DNA from: Fimbriimonadales bacterium
Lineage (GTDB): Bacteria; Armatimonadota; Fimbriimonadia; Fimbriimonadales; JABRVX01
Length of the DNA: 64,000 nucleotides
Assembly (NCBI GenBank): GCA_045862955.1
Contig: BTVI01000010.1
Coordinates: forward strand, 1-64,000
Direction: 5' to 3'
Below the pieces are notes generated by a model that made no database searches, was not told where the DNA came from, and saw nothing but the letters and a program-made list of their open reading frames with translations. The position numbers and the translations under genes were made by a program. Below, piece by piece: positions 54,827 through 63,597 of this stretch; within the stretch, counting starts at the first letter, position 1; each line of letters starts with the position of its first letter.

Positions 54827-55044
54827 GTGGTATCCACCTCGTTGCCCTCTCCGCTGGGAGAGGGTGGGCCAGTGAGGAGGCCGGTGCCCGCGGCCACATG
54901 GATTCCGCATCCGTCGGTCAGCAATTCGAGCCGGACCCCCAGCCCATCCCTCCCCCTTGCGCTTCGCTCCAGGGGATGGAGTTCCCAGTGACACACCCTC
55001 TGCGAGTGGTGAGAGGTGGAAGTAGACCTTTCGTCACAGAGTGA

Positions 55045-55151
55045 CGTCACGCTGAGCTTGCCGAAGCATGCAGTCGCATGCCGCGCCTTGTCACCTTCAC
55101 ATCCCACGCACGCGGCTCCCGGCGTCATGCTTCGACTGGCTCAGCATGACG
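55045..55151. repeat. REPIN/MITE-like element: two inverted 26-bp arms around a 55-nt spacer
   Basis: CGTCACGCTGAGCTTGCCGAAGCATG (55045-55070) and CATGCTTCGACTGGCTCAGCATGACG (55126-55151). Confidence 0.65.
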
Positions 55152-55213
55152 GCGACCATAGCCCACCCTCGAGAGCGGGTGGAGAGATGGGATTTGAGCC
55201 AGGTCTGGCTGGC

Positions 55214-55954
55214 TCAGCTCTCCTCCTGGGACGGGTCGGGGCGAGCGAGGCGCTCGGGATCCGGGTCCTCCAGTCCGGCGGCAGGACGTAGAAGCTCCCG
55301 ATTGGCCGCCTCCTCAGCGTCCTCCGCAGCCATCAGCAGGGTGCGCCGTTCCTCTTCCTCCGCGGCTCGGGCCTCGACGGCCTCCCGGGCACGCCGAGCC
55401 AGCAGCGGAAGGTCCTCGGGCCACTCCCAGCGCATTACGGGCGGCGGTCCCACCACTCCCAGGCCGCCCCCGAGGTCGTCCAAAACCCCGCGCTCCGGCC
55501 GGAAGCCCAACTCCTCGGCCAGCTCCATCTGCTCGGCGGTCACGTAGCGGCCGCCGGCCAGGTCCTCTGCAATCTGCAGGACGCGCTGCTCGGCCCGCCG
55601 GACCGCAGACAGCTCCTGCTCTCCACCGAACTGGCCCACGGCGACCACCGCAGCGCGCAGAACGGCCGGATCGGCGGAGTTCAGCAAGGCTGCGACCTCG
55701 CGGCAGGTTTCAGGCGAGAGCTTCCGGGCGTCCTCGGGCTTCAGGTCGAGCAACGCCCGCACGAGGGCCTCTCGGTGCGTTCGGTCATTCGGGGCCTCGA
55801 TGGCCGCCGCCAGCGCGTCCTCCACCTGGTCCGCCCCCGTGCGAGGGACGATGACCGGCTCGTCTTCCGATCGGCGCGCCACGAGCCAGGCATACGCTGC
55901 TCCCACCAAAAGCAGCGCCGCCGCGCCGACCACGAGAGCCACCAACGCGTCCAT
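55214..55954 (-). CDS. Hypothetical membrane-anchored protein with HEAT-like segment
   Basis: ATG 55954 with RBS GGAGGGAGG; N-terminal TM; LLNSADPAVLRAAVVAVGQFG. Confidence 0.65.
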   Translation of the reverse strand: MDALVALVVGAAALLLVGAAYAWLVARRSEDEPVIVPRTGADQVEDALAAAIEAPNDRTHREALVRALLDLKPEDARKLSPETCREVAALLNSADPAVLRAAVVAVGQFGGEQELSAVRRAEQRVLQIAEDLAGGRYVTAEQMELAEELGFRPERGVLDDLGGGLGVVGPPPVMRWEWPEDLPLLARRAREAVEARAAEEEERRTLLMAAEDAEEAANRELLRPAAGLEDPDPERLARPDPSQEES

Positions 55955-56097
55955 CAGGCAACCTCCCTCCTCAGTGTACACCCGGCTGCCGAGTGGAGCG
56001 TTCCCACGCACCTCTACCGGTTTGGATGCCGAGCGTCTGAAACCCGGTAACCCTCGGCTGCCCCGCGGTCGGCAGGCGGCCAATAACCCAGAACGAG

Positions 56098-56823
56098 ATG
56101 ACGCGGGGAATCTATGCGGGAGCGACGGGGATGCACGCCCAGCAACTGGCTCTGGACGTCATCGCCGGCAATCTCGCGAATGCAAACAGCACGGCTTTCA
56201 AGAGCGACCGACTCAGTTTCCGCGAGGCGCTGGACCGGGAAGTCCACGCTCCTGGCGAAGCCGCCACGCGCACCGTCGGGCGGCTCGGCGGAGGCGCCGT
56301 CGTCGAGGGCCGAACGATGCTCGGAACGCAGGGAGCCCTGATCCCGACGGGCAACGCTCTGGACGTCGCTATCGAAGGTGAAGGCTATTTCAGCGTCCGG
56401 ACGCCCGCCGGGGTGCGCTACACCCGAGCCGGTTCCTTCCAGGTGGACGCCACCGGCATGCTGACGACGCGCGACGGTCACCCCGTCCTGGGCTCCAACG
56501 GGCCCATTCAAGTGCCGCGCGGCGCGACGCCCACGATTGACCCCACCGGCCTGGTGCAGGCTGGGGGCGCGACCCTGGACCGGTTGGCTGTGGTGACTGG
56601 CGACCTCACGAAGGCAGGCAATGGCCTATACGTGGGCGCCGCGAAGCCCTTGGCCAACCCTCGGCTCGAGCCGGGCTATCTCGAGGCGTCCAACGTGAAC
56701 GCTGTCACCGAGATGGTCCACATGATAGCGACACTGCGCGTGTTCGAGGCGAACCAGCGCGTCGTTCAGGCGCAGGATGAGACGTTACAGAAGGCAGTCA
56801 ACGACCTCGCGCGATTAGGCTGA
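56098..56823 (+). CDS. flgF: Flagellar basal-body rod protein FlgF (FlgE/F/G family)
   Basis: AGNLANANS, TGNALDVAIEGEGYF, YTRAGSF, GYLEASNVNAVTEM. Confidence 0.85.
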   Translation: MTRGIYAGATGMHAQQLALDVIAGNLANANSTAFKSDRLSFREALDREVHAPGEAATRTVGRLGGGAVVEGRTMLGTQGALIPTGNALDVAIEGEGYFSVRTPAGVRYTRAGSFQVDATGMLTTRDGHPVLGSNGPIQVPRGATPTIDPTGLVQAGGATLDRLAVVTGDLTKAGNGLYVGAAKPLANPRLEPGYLEASNVNAVTEMVHMIATLRVFEANQRVVQAQDETLQKAVNDLARLG

Positions 56824-56916
56824 CGCCGGACCCCGCCTAGCGGGGAGGCGATGGGCGCCCTGGAGTGACGGAAGGGGCGCAGCGCGAGGCGACCGACCGG
56901 AAGGAGGTCGCTAGCG

Positions 56917-57705
56917 ATGATGCGATCGCTGTATACCGCCGCTGCAGGCATGGCCGCGCAGCAGTTCAACCTGGACGTGATCGCCAACAACTTGGCGAAC
57001 GTCAACACCAACGGCTTCAAGCACTCTCGAGCGGAGTTCCAGGACACCCTGTATCAGGTTCTCCGCAGTCAGGGCGCGCAAAACGGGCAGGACGCGACTA
57101 GGCCCGTCGCTCTCCAGGTAGGTCTCGGATCGCGCACGGTGGCTACCACTACCATGCTGGAGCAGGGACCCCTGCAGCAGACCTCCAACAAGTACGACCT
57201 CGCCATCGAGGGTGACGGGTTCTTCAAGGTGCTGCTACCCGATGGGTCGGAAGCGTTCACCCGCGATGGGCAGTTCAAGGTAGACGCTACGGGCCGAATC
57301 GTGACGAGCGATGGATATCCACTGCAGCCAGACATCCTGGTGCCCTCGGATGCCATCTCGTTCACGGTGGGATCGGATGGTACGGTGAATGTGCAGGTGG
57401 CCGGAGATACCACCATCCAGAACCTTGGACAGGTGCTTCTGGCAAGGTTTCCTAACCCCGCAGGGTTGCAGCGCATAGGACACAACCTGTTCCGCGTGAG
57501 CGCGGCGAGCGGCGATGCCATCGAGGGGGCACCCGGCACCGAGGGCCTCGGCTCGATCGCCCAGTACGCCATCGAGAACTCGAATGTGCAGATCGTCGAG
57601 GAGATGGTACGGATGATCTTGGCGCAGAGAGCGTACGAGGTCAACTCCAAGGCTATCACCACCGCAGACGAGATGCTCGGTCTGACCAACAACCTGAAGC
57701 GGTAG
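56917..57705 (+). CDS. flgG: Flagellar distal rod protein FlgG
   Basis: ANNLANVNTNGFK..RAEFQD..YQ, QVGLG, TRDG, ENSNV..VEEMV..I..QRAYE.NSK. Confidence 0.95.
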   Translation: MMRSLYTAAAGMAAQQFNLDVIANNLANVNTNGFKHSRAEFQDTLYQVLRSQGAQNGQDATRPVALQVGLGSRTVATTTMLEQGPLQQTSNKYDLAIEGDGFFKVLLPDGSEAFTRDGQFKVDATGRIVTSDGYPLQPDILVPSDAISFTVGSDGTVNVQVAGDTTIQNLGQVLLARFPNPAGLQRIGHNLFRVSAASGDAIEGAPGTEGLGSIAQYAIENSNVQIVEEMVRMILAQRAYEVNSKAITTADEMLGLTNNLKR

Positions 57706-57716
57706 GGTGCTGACGG

Positions 57717-58802
57717 ATGATTTGGCTGCTGTTACCCCAGATTCAGGTGGACTGGGCCGTTCAGGGCGAGGGGCTGATCAGGCTCTTGGATGTCGAGCGC
57801 CCGGTGTATGTCCGTGAGGTGCGGCTCATCGTCGAGGAAGGCAAACTGCTTCGCTCGACGTTAGGTCCGGCGCTAGACCCGCCGGTGGTGATTCCGAGCG
57901 GAACGAGCTCTCTCTCGGTCCGGGCCGATGGCACGATCGTCGCAACGGTCGCTGGGCTGGCGCGAGAGATTGGCTGTGTCAGCCTGGCTCGCTTCGCGCC
58001 TGGGCAGACGGTGCCGGTGATCGGTCAACCGGGGTCGCCTGGCTTCGGGACGCTTGTTGAGCGGGTCGGTGGAGCGACAGGGGCGCCGCCGGCGGAGAAG
58101 GGCACTGGGCTTCGGATCGTAGGCAAGCTCTCCGCGGAGACCCGAGGCGACCGGGTGCTTCTGGGCGAGATCGCGGAGCTGAGCGGCAGCGAGACGCTGG
58201 TTGCTCAAGCCGAAGAGCTGCCGGTGGGAGCTGCACCCCTGCCCGGAGCCAGCCGCATCCTGACGCGCGGCGAGGTGATGGTAAAGTTGCGGGCTGCCGG
58301 TCTAGCGAGTTCATCGTCGCTGGTCGATCTGCCGGAGACGATACGGGTGTCGCGACCCAGCCAAGAGGTGTCGCAAGCCGAGATCATCCAGGCAGCTCGG
58401 CGCGCCCTGGCCGATCCTGTGGAAGCCGAGCGTCTGTTTGCCACTGTGGCAGCGCGTGCGGTCACGGCGCCGGTAGGGCAGTACGTGCTAACACCCGGTT
58501 CGCCCGCACGCAGTGGCTTGGGGTGGTCGGTCCCCGTCGCGGTGCAGGTGGACGGACGGACGGCCACGACCGTACACGTGCGCTTCCAGCCGACCACAAT
58601 CCCTAAAGCGAAGGCCGAGATGGTCAAGGTCGGCTCTCAGGTCACCGTAGTGCTCCAGAGTGGTGGCCTGAGCGTCCAGACGCAGGGCGTTCTGCGTTCT
58701 GCCGGCGCGGTGGGAGACGCTGTGACGGTGTATGTGCCCTCTACGAAGAAGACGCTCACCGGCGAGCTGAGAGACGAGAGTACTGTGATGGTGACCCTAT
58801 GA
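57717..58802 (+). CDS. flgA: P-ring chaperone FlgA with N-terminal FlgG-like domain
   Basis: C-terminal VKVGSQVTVV...GLSVQTQG...GAVGDAVTV ChapFlgA pattern; VLLGEIAE...APLPG middle; located between flgG and flgH. Confidence 0.75.
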   Translation: MIWLLLPQIQVDWAVQGEGLIRLLDVERPVYVREVRLIVEEGKLLRSTLGPALDPPVVIPSGTSSLSVRADGTIVATVAGLAREIGCVSLARFAPGQTVPVIGQPGSPGFGTLVERVGGATGAPPAEKGTGLRIVGKLSAETRGDRVLLGEIAELSGSETLVAQAEELPVGAAPLPGASRILTRGEVMVKLRAAGLASSSSLVDLPETIRVSRPSQEVSQAEIIQAARRALADPVEAERLFATVAARAVTAPVGQYVLTPGSPARSGLGWSVPVAVQVDGRTATTVHVRFQPTTIPKAKAEMVKVGSQVTVVLQSGGLSVQTQGVLRSAGAVGDAVTVYVPSTKKTLTGELRDESTVMVTL

Positions 58803-59386
58803 GGCTAGTTGCACTTGCACTCGTATTGTTAGCGACCAGCGCCATCGCTCAGTCTGATGGTTCGCTGTGGTCCGATAAAGCGGGATCGTACATCTCGGAC
58901 TTCAAGGCGCGCGAGGTAGGAGATGTGCTTACGGTGCTCATCATGGAGAGCAGCCAGGCATCTTCGAAGGCGGATACTAGCACAACGAAAAGCGACTCCG
59001 CATCTACTACCGCCGGTCTGGGTCCGATCCTGAGAGATATCTTGCCGGAGCTGGGTGCGAGCGGCCAGATGAGCAGTCAAGCGACGGGTAGTACCACCCG
59101 TAGTGGCAGCCTGATCGCGAAGATGACGGTGGTAGTGAAGCAGGTGCTGCCCAACGGCACGCTGGTGATCGAGGGCAAGCGCGATGTCATGGTCAACAAG
59201 GAAACTCAGAAGTTGCTCATCACCGGCATCGTGCGTACGAAGGACATCTCTTCGGACAACACCATTCCGTCCTACCTGGTAGGTGATGCGGAGATACGCT
59301 TCGAGGGTAAGGGCATCATCGGTGACAAGCAGCGAGAAGGTCTCATCGTGCGGCTGTTCAAAGGGCTGTTCGGGGGGTTGTTCTGA
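58799..59386 (+). CDS. flgH: Flagellar L-ring protein
   Basis: GSLW, D.KA..VGDVLTVLI.E, VLPNGTLVIEG, GIVR..DI...NTI.S. Confidence 0.9.
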   Translation: MRLVALALVLLATSAIAQSDGSLWSDKAGSYISDFKAREVGDVLTVLIMESSQASSKADTSTTKSDSASTTAGLGPILRDILPELGASGQMSSQATGSTTRSGSLIAKMTVVVKQVLPNGTLVIEGKRDVMVNKETQKLLITGIVRTKDISSDNTIPSYLVGDAEIRFEGKGIIGDKQREGLIVRLFKGLFGGLF

Positions 59387-60528
59387 TGCGGGCACTGATC
59401 TTCGCACTCCTGTTAGTGAACCTGGGCTGGAGTCAGAACGAGCTTCCCGCAGCTGCCAGCGGCAGCGATGCCTCATCCCGTGCAGTTCGGCTGAAGGACA
59501 TCGCAGTTATCCGAGGAGCGCGTAGCAATCAACTAACCGGTGTAGGTGTGGTGGTAGGGCTCGAGGGCACGGGTGATACCAAGAGCACCCCGCAGACCCA
59601 GCAGGCGATTGCGAACGCACTGGAACGCTTCGGGCTCTCGGTCAATCCAGCCAGCATGTCGCTGAAGAACGTCGCCATAGTGCTGGTGACCGCGGAGCTG
59701 CCTGCCTTCGCTAAGCCGGGGACGCACATAGACGTCACCGTGAGCAGCATGGGGGATGCGAAGAGTCTGCAGGGTGGTACGCTGCTCCAGACCCCCCTCT
59801 ATGCTGCCGGCAACTCCCGCGAGGCGTTCGCCGTTGCCGCTGGACCTGTTAGCATCGGGGGGTTCAACTTCGGTGCGGGTGGCAGTTCGGTGCAGAAGAA
59901 CCATGTCACCGTAGGGCGCATCCCAGAAGGGGCGATCGTGGAGAAATCGGTGCCGTCTGCGTTCGTCACCGACAACAATCTTTTCATCCAACTACGGCAG
60001 CCGGACTTCACCACCGCGAGCAACGTGGCAGAGGCGATCATGGCCGCCTACCCGGAGTGCGAGGCTCTTGCCGTGGACGGGGCGACCATTCGCGTCACGC
60101 CGCCCGACTCTCGTCTGATGGACCCGGTGCGACTGGTATCCCAGCTGGAGTTGCTCGCCGTCACCTCGGATGCACCCGCGAAGATCATCGTCAACGAGCG
60201 GACCGGGACCATCGTGATCGGCGAGAATGTGCGCATTCGGCCCGCTGCCGTGGCCCACGGCGGCATAACCGTAACCATCAAGAAGACCACCGAGGTGTCC
60301 CAGCCGCCTTCCTTCACCTCAGAAGGTGGACCGGGCGTGCCCTTCGATAATACGGCGGTCAAGGTGAAAGAGCCGAAGGCGAAGCTCGCATGGCTGGACG
60401 ACATGCCCACCGTGGCCGACCTGGTCAAGGCACTGAACCAGCTCGGGGTGTCACCGAGAGACCTGATCGCTATCCTCCAGGCGCTGCGTGGGTCCGGCGC
60501 GCTGCAGGCGACCATCGAAATCCAGTAG
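59386..60528 (+). CDS. flgI: Flagellar P-ring protein
   Basis: RLKDI..I.G.RSNQL.G.G.VVGL.GTGD, GDAKSLQGGTLL.TPL, NERTGTIV, DLIAILQAL. Confidence 0.96.
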   Translation: MRALIFALLLVNLGWSQNELPAAASGSDASSRAVRLKDIAVIRGARSNQLTGVGVVVGLEGTGDTKSTPQTQQAIANALERFGLSVNPASMSLKNVAIVLVTAELPAFAKPGTHIDVTVSSMGDAKSLQGGTLLQTPLYAAGNSREAFAVAAGPVSIGGFNFGAGGSSVQKNHVTVGRIPEGAIVEKSVPSAFVTDNNLFIQLRQPDFTTASNVAEAIMAAYPECEALAVDGATIRVTPPDSRLMDPVRLVSQLELLAVTSDAPAKIIVNERTGTIVIGENVRIRPAAVAHGGITVTIKKTTEVSQPPSFTSEGGPGVPFDNTAVKVKEPKAKLAWLDDMPTVADLVKALNQLGVSPRDLIAILQALRGSGALQATIEIQ

Positions 60529-60538
60529 GGGGCGAGAG

Positions 60539-60844
60539 ATGCTGACCGGCAAAATCCCAGCAATCCAAATGGTGAAAGAGACGAGTGCGAAGCGGAATGA
60601 ACTTCGGAAGGCCACCCAAGGAGTGGAGGCCCTCTTCGTTCAGCAACTCCTAAGCGCGATGCGGCGAACTGCCTCGTTCGGGGATTCCTCTAGCGGGGCC
60701 ACGGCAGTGTACCAGGACCTCATGGACCAAGCCGTGGCACAGGAGATCGCGAGGACGAGCCGCTTCGGCATCGGCGACCTGTTGTATCGCCAGTTCGCGG
60801 ACCGGGTGCTGGACGGGGAACGAGCAACGGAGGGCGAACGATGA
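60539..60844 (+). CDS. flgJ: Rod-binding-only FlgJ
   Basis: LRKATQGVEALFVQQLLSAMR, YQDLMDQAVA, GIGDLLYRQF; no muramidase domain. Confidence 0.8.
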   Translation: MLTGKIPAIQMVKETSAKRNELRKATQGVEALFVQQLLSAMRRTASFGDSSSGATAVYQDLMDQAVAQEIARTSRFGIGDLLYRQFADRVLDGERATEGER

Positions 60845-61311
60845 CCCCTCGCCACGTCGCGACGCTATGGTCGGAATGGGTGCGGAGCGCGGAAGCGTTG
60901 CTCCAGGTGCTAGCATGCCAGGAGCGGGCGCTTATCTCGCGTGACACCGACCAGGTCCAGGACTGCCTCGAACAGGTCGAGTCTGCGCGAATCGCTCTGC
61001 AGGCGAAGGATGAGGAAGCTCGCTCTGCCATCTCCGCTCTGGCCGAGGCCGTCGGGTCAGAGCCAACTCTGAGAGAGGTGGCCCGGAGACTACCCCCTTC
61101 GGACGCGCGACTCCTCTCCAGTCTCGCGGGCACCGCCGAGAGGCTGGCAGACGCCCTGCGAGCCTCGTTCATCCGCAACCACGCCCTCATCCAGAACGAG
61201 CTTGCGTATGTATCGGGCACGCTCATGCTCATCGGCCAGGCGCTACGCGAGCCCTCCACACCCTATGGCAAGGCCGTGGCGGGGGCTCTGACCCTGGATA
61301 GGAAGGTGTAG
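60841..61311 (+). CDS. flgN: Flagellar export chaperone FlgN
   Basis: Helical, QERALI..D, N..LI, C-terminal Y...LDRKV; directly before flgK. Confidence 0.7.
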   Translation: MTPRHVATLWSEWVRSAEALLQVLACQERALISRDTDQVQDCLEQVESARIALQAKDEEARSAISALAEAVGSEPTLREVARRLPPSDARLLSSLAGTAERLADALRASFIRNHALIQNELAYVSGTLMLIGQALREPSTPYGKAVAGALTLDRKV

Positions 61312-61313
61312 CT

Positions 61314-62684
61314 ATGCCATCCGCGTTCTACGGCATCAGTATCGCCGGCCGGGCCATGCAGTCGTTCCAGTATGCGATGCTGACCACCTCGCACAACATC
61401 GCGAACGTAAACAATTCCGCATATTCTCGGCAGATCGTAGACTTCCGTGACGGCATCCCTCAGTTCGAGATGGGCATACGTCCCTTCTACTTGGGAGGAG
61501 GGACGGAGATCGGTGCCGTCACACGCGTGCGGGACCGCTTTCTGCAGCAGCGCTACATGGACACGAGCACCGAGGGAGGGCGCTTCGCCACTCTGGCCGC
61601 AAACTTGAAACAGGCCGAAGTAGCCTTCGGAGAGCTGAGCACGTCCTCGGGCATCTCTGAATACCTGGACCAGTTCTTCAACGCGTTCCAGCAGCTCAGT
61701 GCGAACCCGTCGGACACCGCGCTGCGTAGCACGGTGCGCCAAGCAGCCGACCAGTTGGCTCGGCGCTTCAGGACCCTGGATGCCGACCTCGCGACGCAAC
61801 AGAGAAACGTGACGGCCCAAGTGCAGGACCACATCGGACGGCTGAATCAGCTAGCCGGCGACCTGGCGACCCTCAATAAGCGTATCGTCGAGGCGCAGGC
61901 CACGGGGGCAACTCCGAACGACCTGCTGGACCAGCGGGAAGCCATCCTCGCCGAGATGTCCAACATTGCAGAGGTTCGGTCGAACGTCATGCCCAACGGC
62001 ACGATGCAGGTGTACCTGGATCAGTTCACGCTGGTAGACCAGAGCGGGGCGAACGAGCTTTCCACCACCGTGGATGTGGCCACCTCCTCCATCGTGGTCA
62101 ACGGTCTGAACGTCCGGGTCGCTTCTGGCGCCTTGGGGGGCAGCTTCGAAACTCTGAACAAACTCTCCGGCTACCGCACCCAACTGGATACCCTCGCCGG
62201 CTCCATCATCTCCGAGGTGAATCTGCTGCACTCGTCCGGCTATGCTTTGGATGGAACGACCGGGCACATGCTGTTCTCCGGAACCGGCGCGAGCACCTTC
62301 GACCTGAGCGACGAGGTCAAGGCGAGCGCACAGAACATCGTCGCTGCAGCAACCAACGAGGCCGGCGACGGCAGCGTGGCTCTGGCGATCGCCCAGCTTC
62401 GAAGCGCAACACACGCGGGCCTGGGCGGAAGGAGCTTCTCCGGGTTCTACGGGGACCTCGTCACTGGTGTCGCGTCGGACCTGAAAGGGGCTCAGGCGGC
62501 GCTGGACGCGCAGTCGGGCATCCGGCAACAGATCGTTGCTCAGATCGAAGCGCAGTCCGGCGTCAACCTAGACGAAGAGCTGGCGAACATGATGAAATAC
62601 CAACGGACCTACGAGGCGGCAGCACGCCTGCTGACGATCTTCGATTCGGTCTTGGAGGAGACGATCGGGCTGCTCGGTCGCTAG
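61314..62684 (+). CDS. flgK: Hook-associated protein FlgK
   Basis: SHNIAN.N...YSRQ, R.RD.FL, FFNAFQQLS.NP, NDLLDQR, SGVNLDEELANMMKYQ. Confidence 0.95.
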   Translation: MPSAFYGISIAGRAMQSFQYAMLTTSHNIANVNNSAYSRQIVDFRDGIPQFEMGIRPFYLGGGTEIGAVTRVRDRFLQQRYMDTSTEGGRFATLAANLKQAEVAFGELSTSSGISEYLDQFFNAFQQLSANPSDTALRSTVRQAADQLARRFRTLDADLATQQRNVTAQVQDHIGRLNQLAGDLATLNKRIVEAQATGATPNDLLDQREAILAEMSNIAEVRSNVMPNGTMQVYLDQFTLVDQSGANELSTTVDVATSSIVVNGLNVRVASGALGGSFETLNKLSGYRTQLDTLAGSIISEVNLLHSSGYALDGTTGHMLFSGTGASTFDLSDEVKASAQNIVAAATNEAGDGSVALAIAQLRSATHAGLGGRSFSGFYGDLVTGVASDLKGAQAALDAQSGIRQQIVAQIEAQSGVNLDEELANMMKYQRTYEAAARLLTIFDSVLEETIGLLGR

Positions 62685-62703
62685 CGACCGGAGGTGAGAG
62701 ACC

Positions 62704-63588
62704 GTGAGGATTAGCACGAACTACCAGCAGATGATGCACACGCAGGAGGTCACGAACGCTATCGAGCGCGTTTTCAAGCGCTCGCGCGAGGTGTCCACCG
62801 GCGTTCGGCTCCACGACCCGTCGGACGACCCCTTCGCTGCATCCATGGTGCTCGGCCTGAAGTCCGCACTGGCGAACACGAGCCAGTATCTGAAGAATGT
62901 CGGAGTGGCAAACACCCGGCTGAAGGCCACCGAGAGCGCGATGGGAGAGCTCACCGATATCCTCAACGAGGTCCGCCAGATGGTGGTTGCGGGAGCGAAC
63001 GGCACGACGGAGCAGACTGTCCGAGACGCATACGTGCAGCAGATCAGTCGGATTCAGGAGCGGCTCGTTGCGATCGGGAATCGTGAGCTGGTACCGGGTC
63101 AGTATCTGTTTGCCGGCAAGGCCGTCACCACGAAGCCCTTTGAAGCTGTGGGTGGTGTTATGACTTACAATGGCAGTGCCGAGACGATGGATGTCGAGAT
63201 ACGGCCTGGCTACGTCGTCCAGGGCAGCCTTGTCGGGGAGCCGATTTTCACCGACATTTATAGTGCGCTCGAAACAATCAAGACCGACATGAGCTCGGGA
63301 GACCAGAACCGCTTGGGAGGCGACGACCTCCAGTTGCTGGATTTGTTGTCTCGCACCGTGCAGAACCAGCGGGCGGACCTCGGGTCGCTGCTACAGCAGA
63401 TCGAGGCAACCCGGGTCCAGTTGGGTGAGCAGTCGGACGAGCTGACGAGGCTCATTTCGGACTACAGAGAAGCGGACATGACGGAGGCGATTGCAGCGTA
63501 CCAGGCAGCCCAGACGGCCTACCAAGCGGCCCTCGCGGTGGCTGCCTCGGCAATGCGCATGAGCCTGCTCGACTACATCGGGAGCTAG
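62704..63588 (+). CDS. flgL: Hook-associated protein FlgL
   Basis: MRIST, STG.R...PSDDP, YLFAG, SLLDYI. Confidence 0.93.
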   Translation: MRISTNYQQMMHTQEVTNAIERVFKRSREVSTGVRLHDPSDDPFAASMVLGLKSALANTSQYLKNVGVANTRLKATESAMGELTDILNEVRQMVVAGANGTTEQTVRDAYVQQISRIQERLVAIGNRELVPGQYLFAGKAVTTKPFEAVGGVMTYNGSAETMDVEIRPGYVVQGSLVGEPIFTDIYSALETIKTDMSSGDQNRLGGDDLQLLDLLSRTVQNQRADLGSLLQQIEATRVQLGEQSDELTRLISDYREADMTEAIAAYQAAQTAYQAALAVAASAMRMSLLDYIGS

Positions 63589-63597
63589 CGGGTGAAG

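Noticed and set aside
54972..55020. GGGGATGGAGTTCCC resembles the 5' half of a fluoride riboswitch
   Set aside because: The downstream GCTRATGACTCC pseudoknot partner is absent and no sense gene follows
56055..56090. GCCAATAA as a sigma28 -10 element before flgF
   Set aside because: No TAAA-like -35 at the expected spacing
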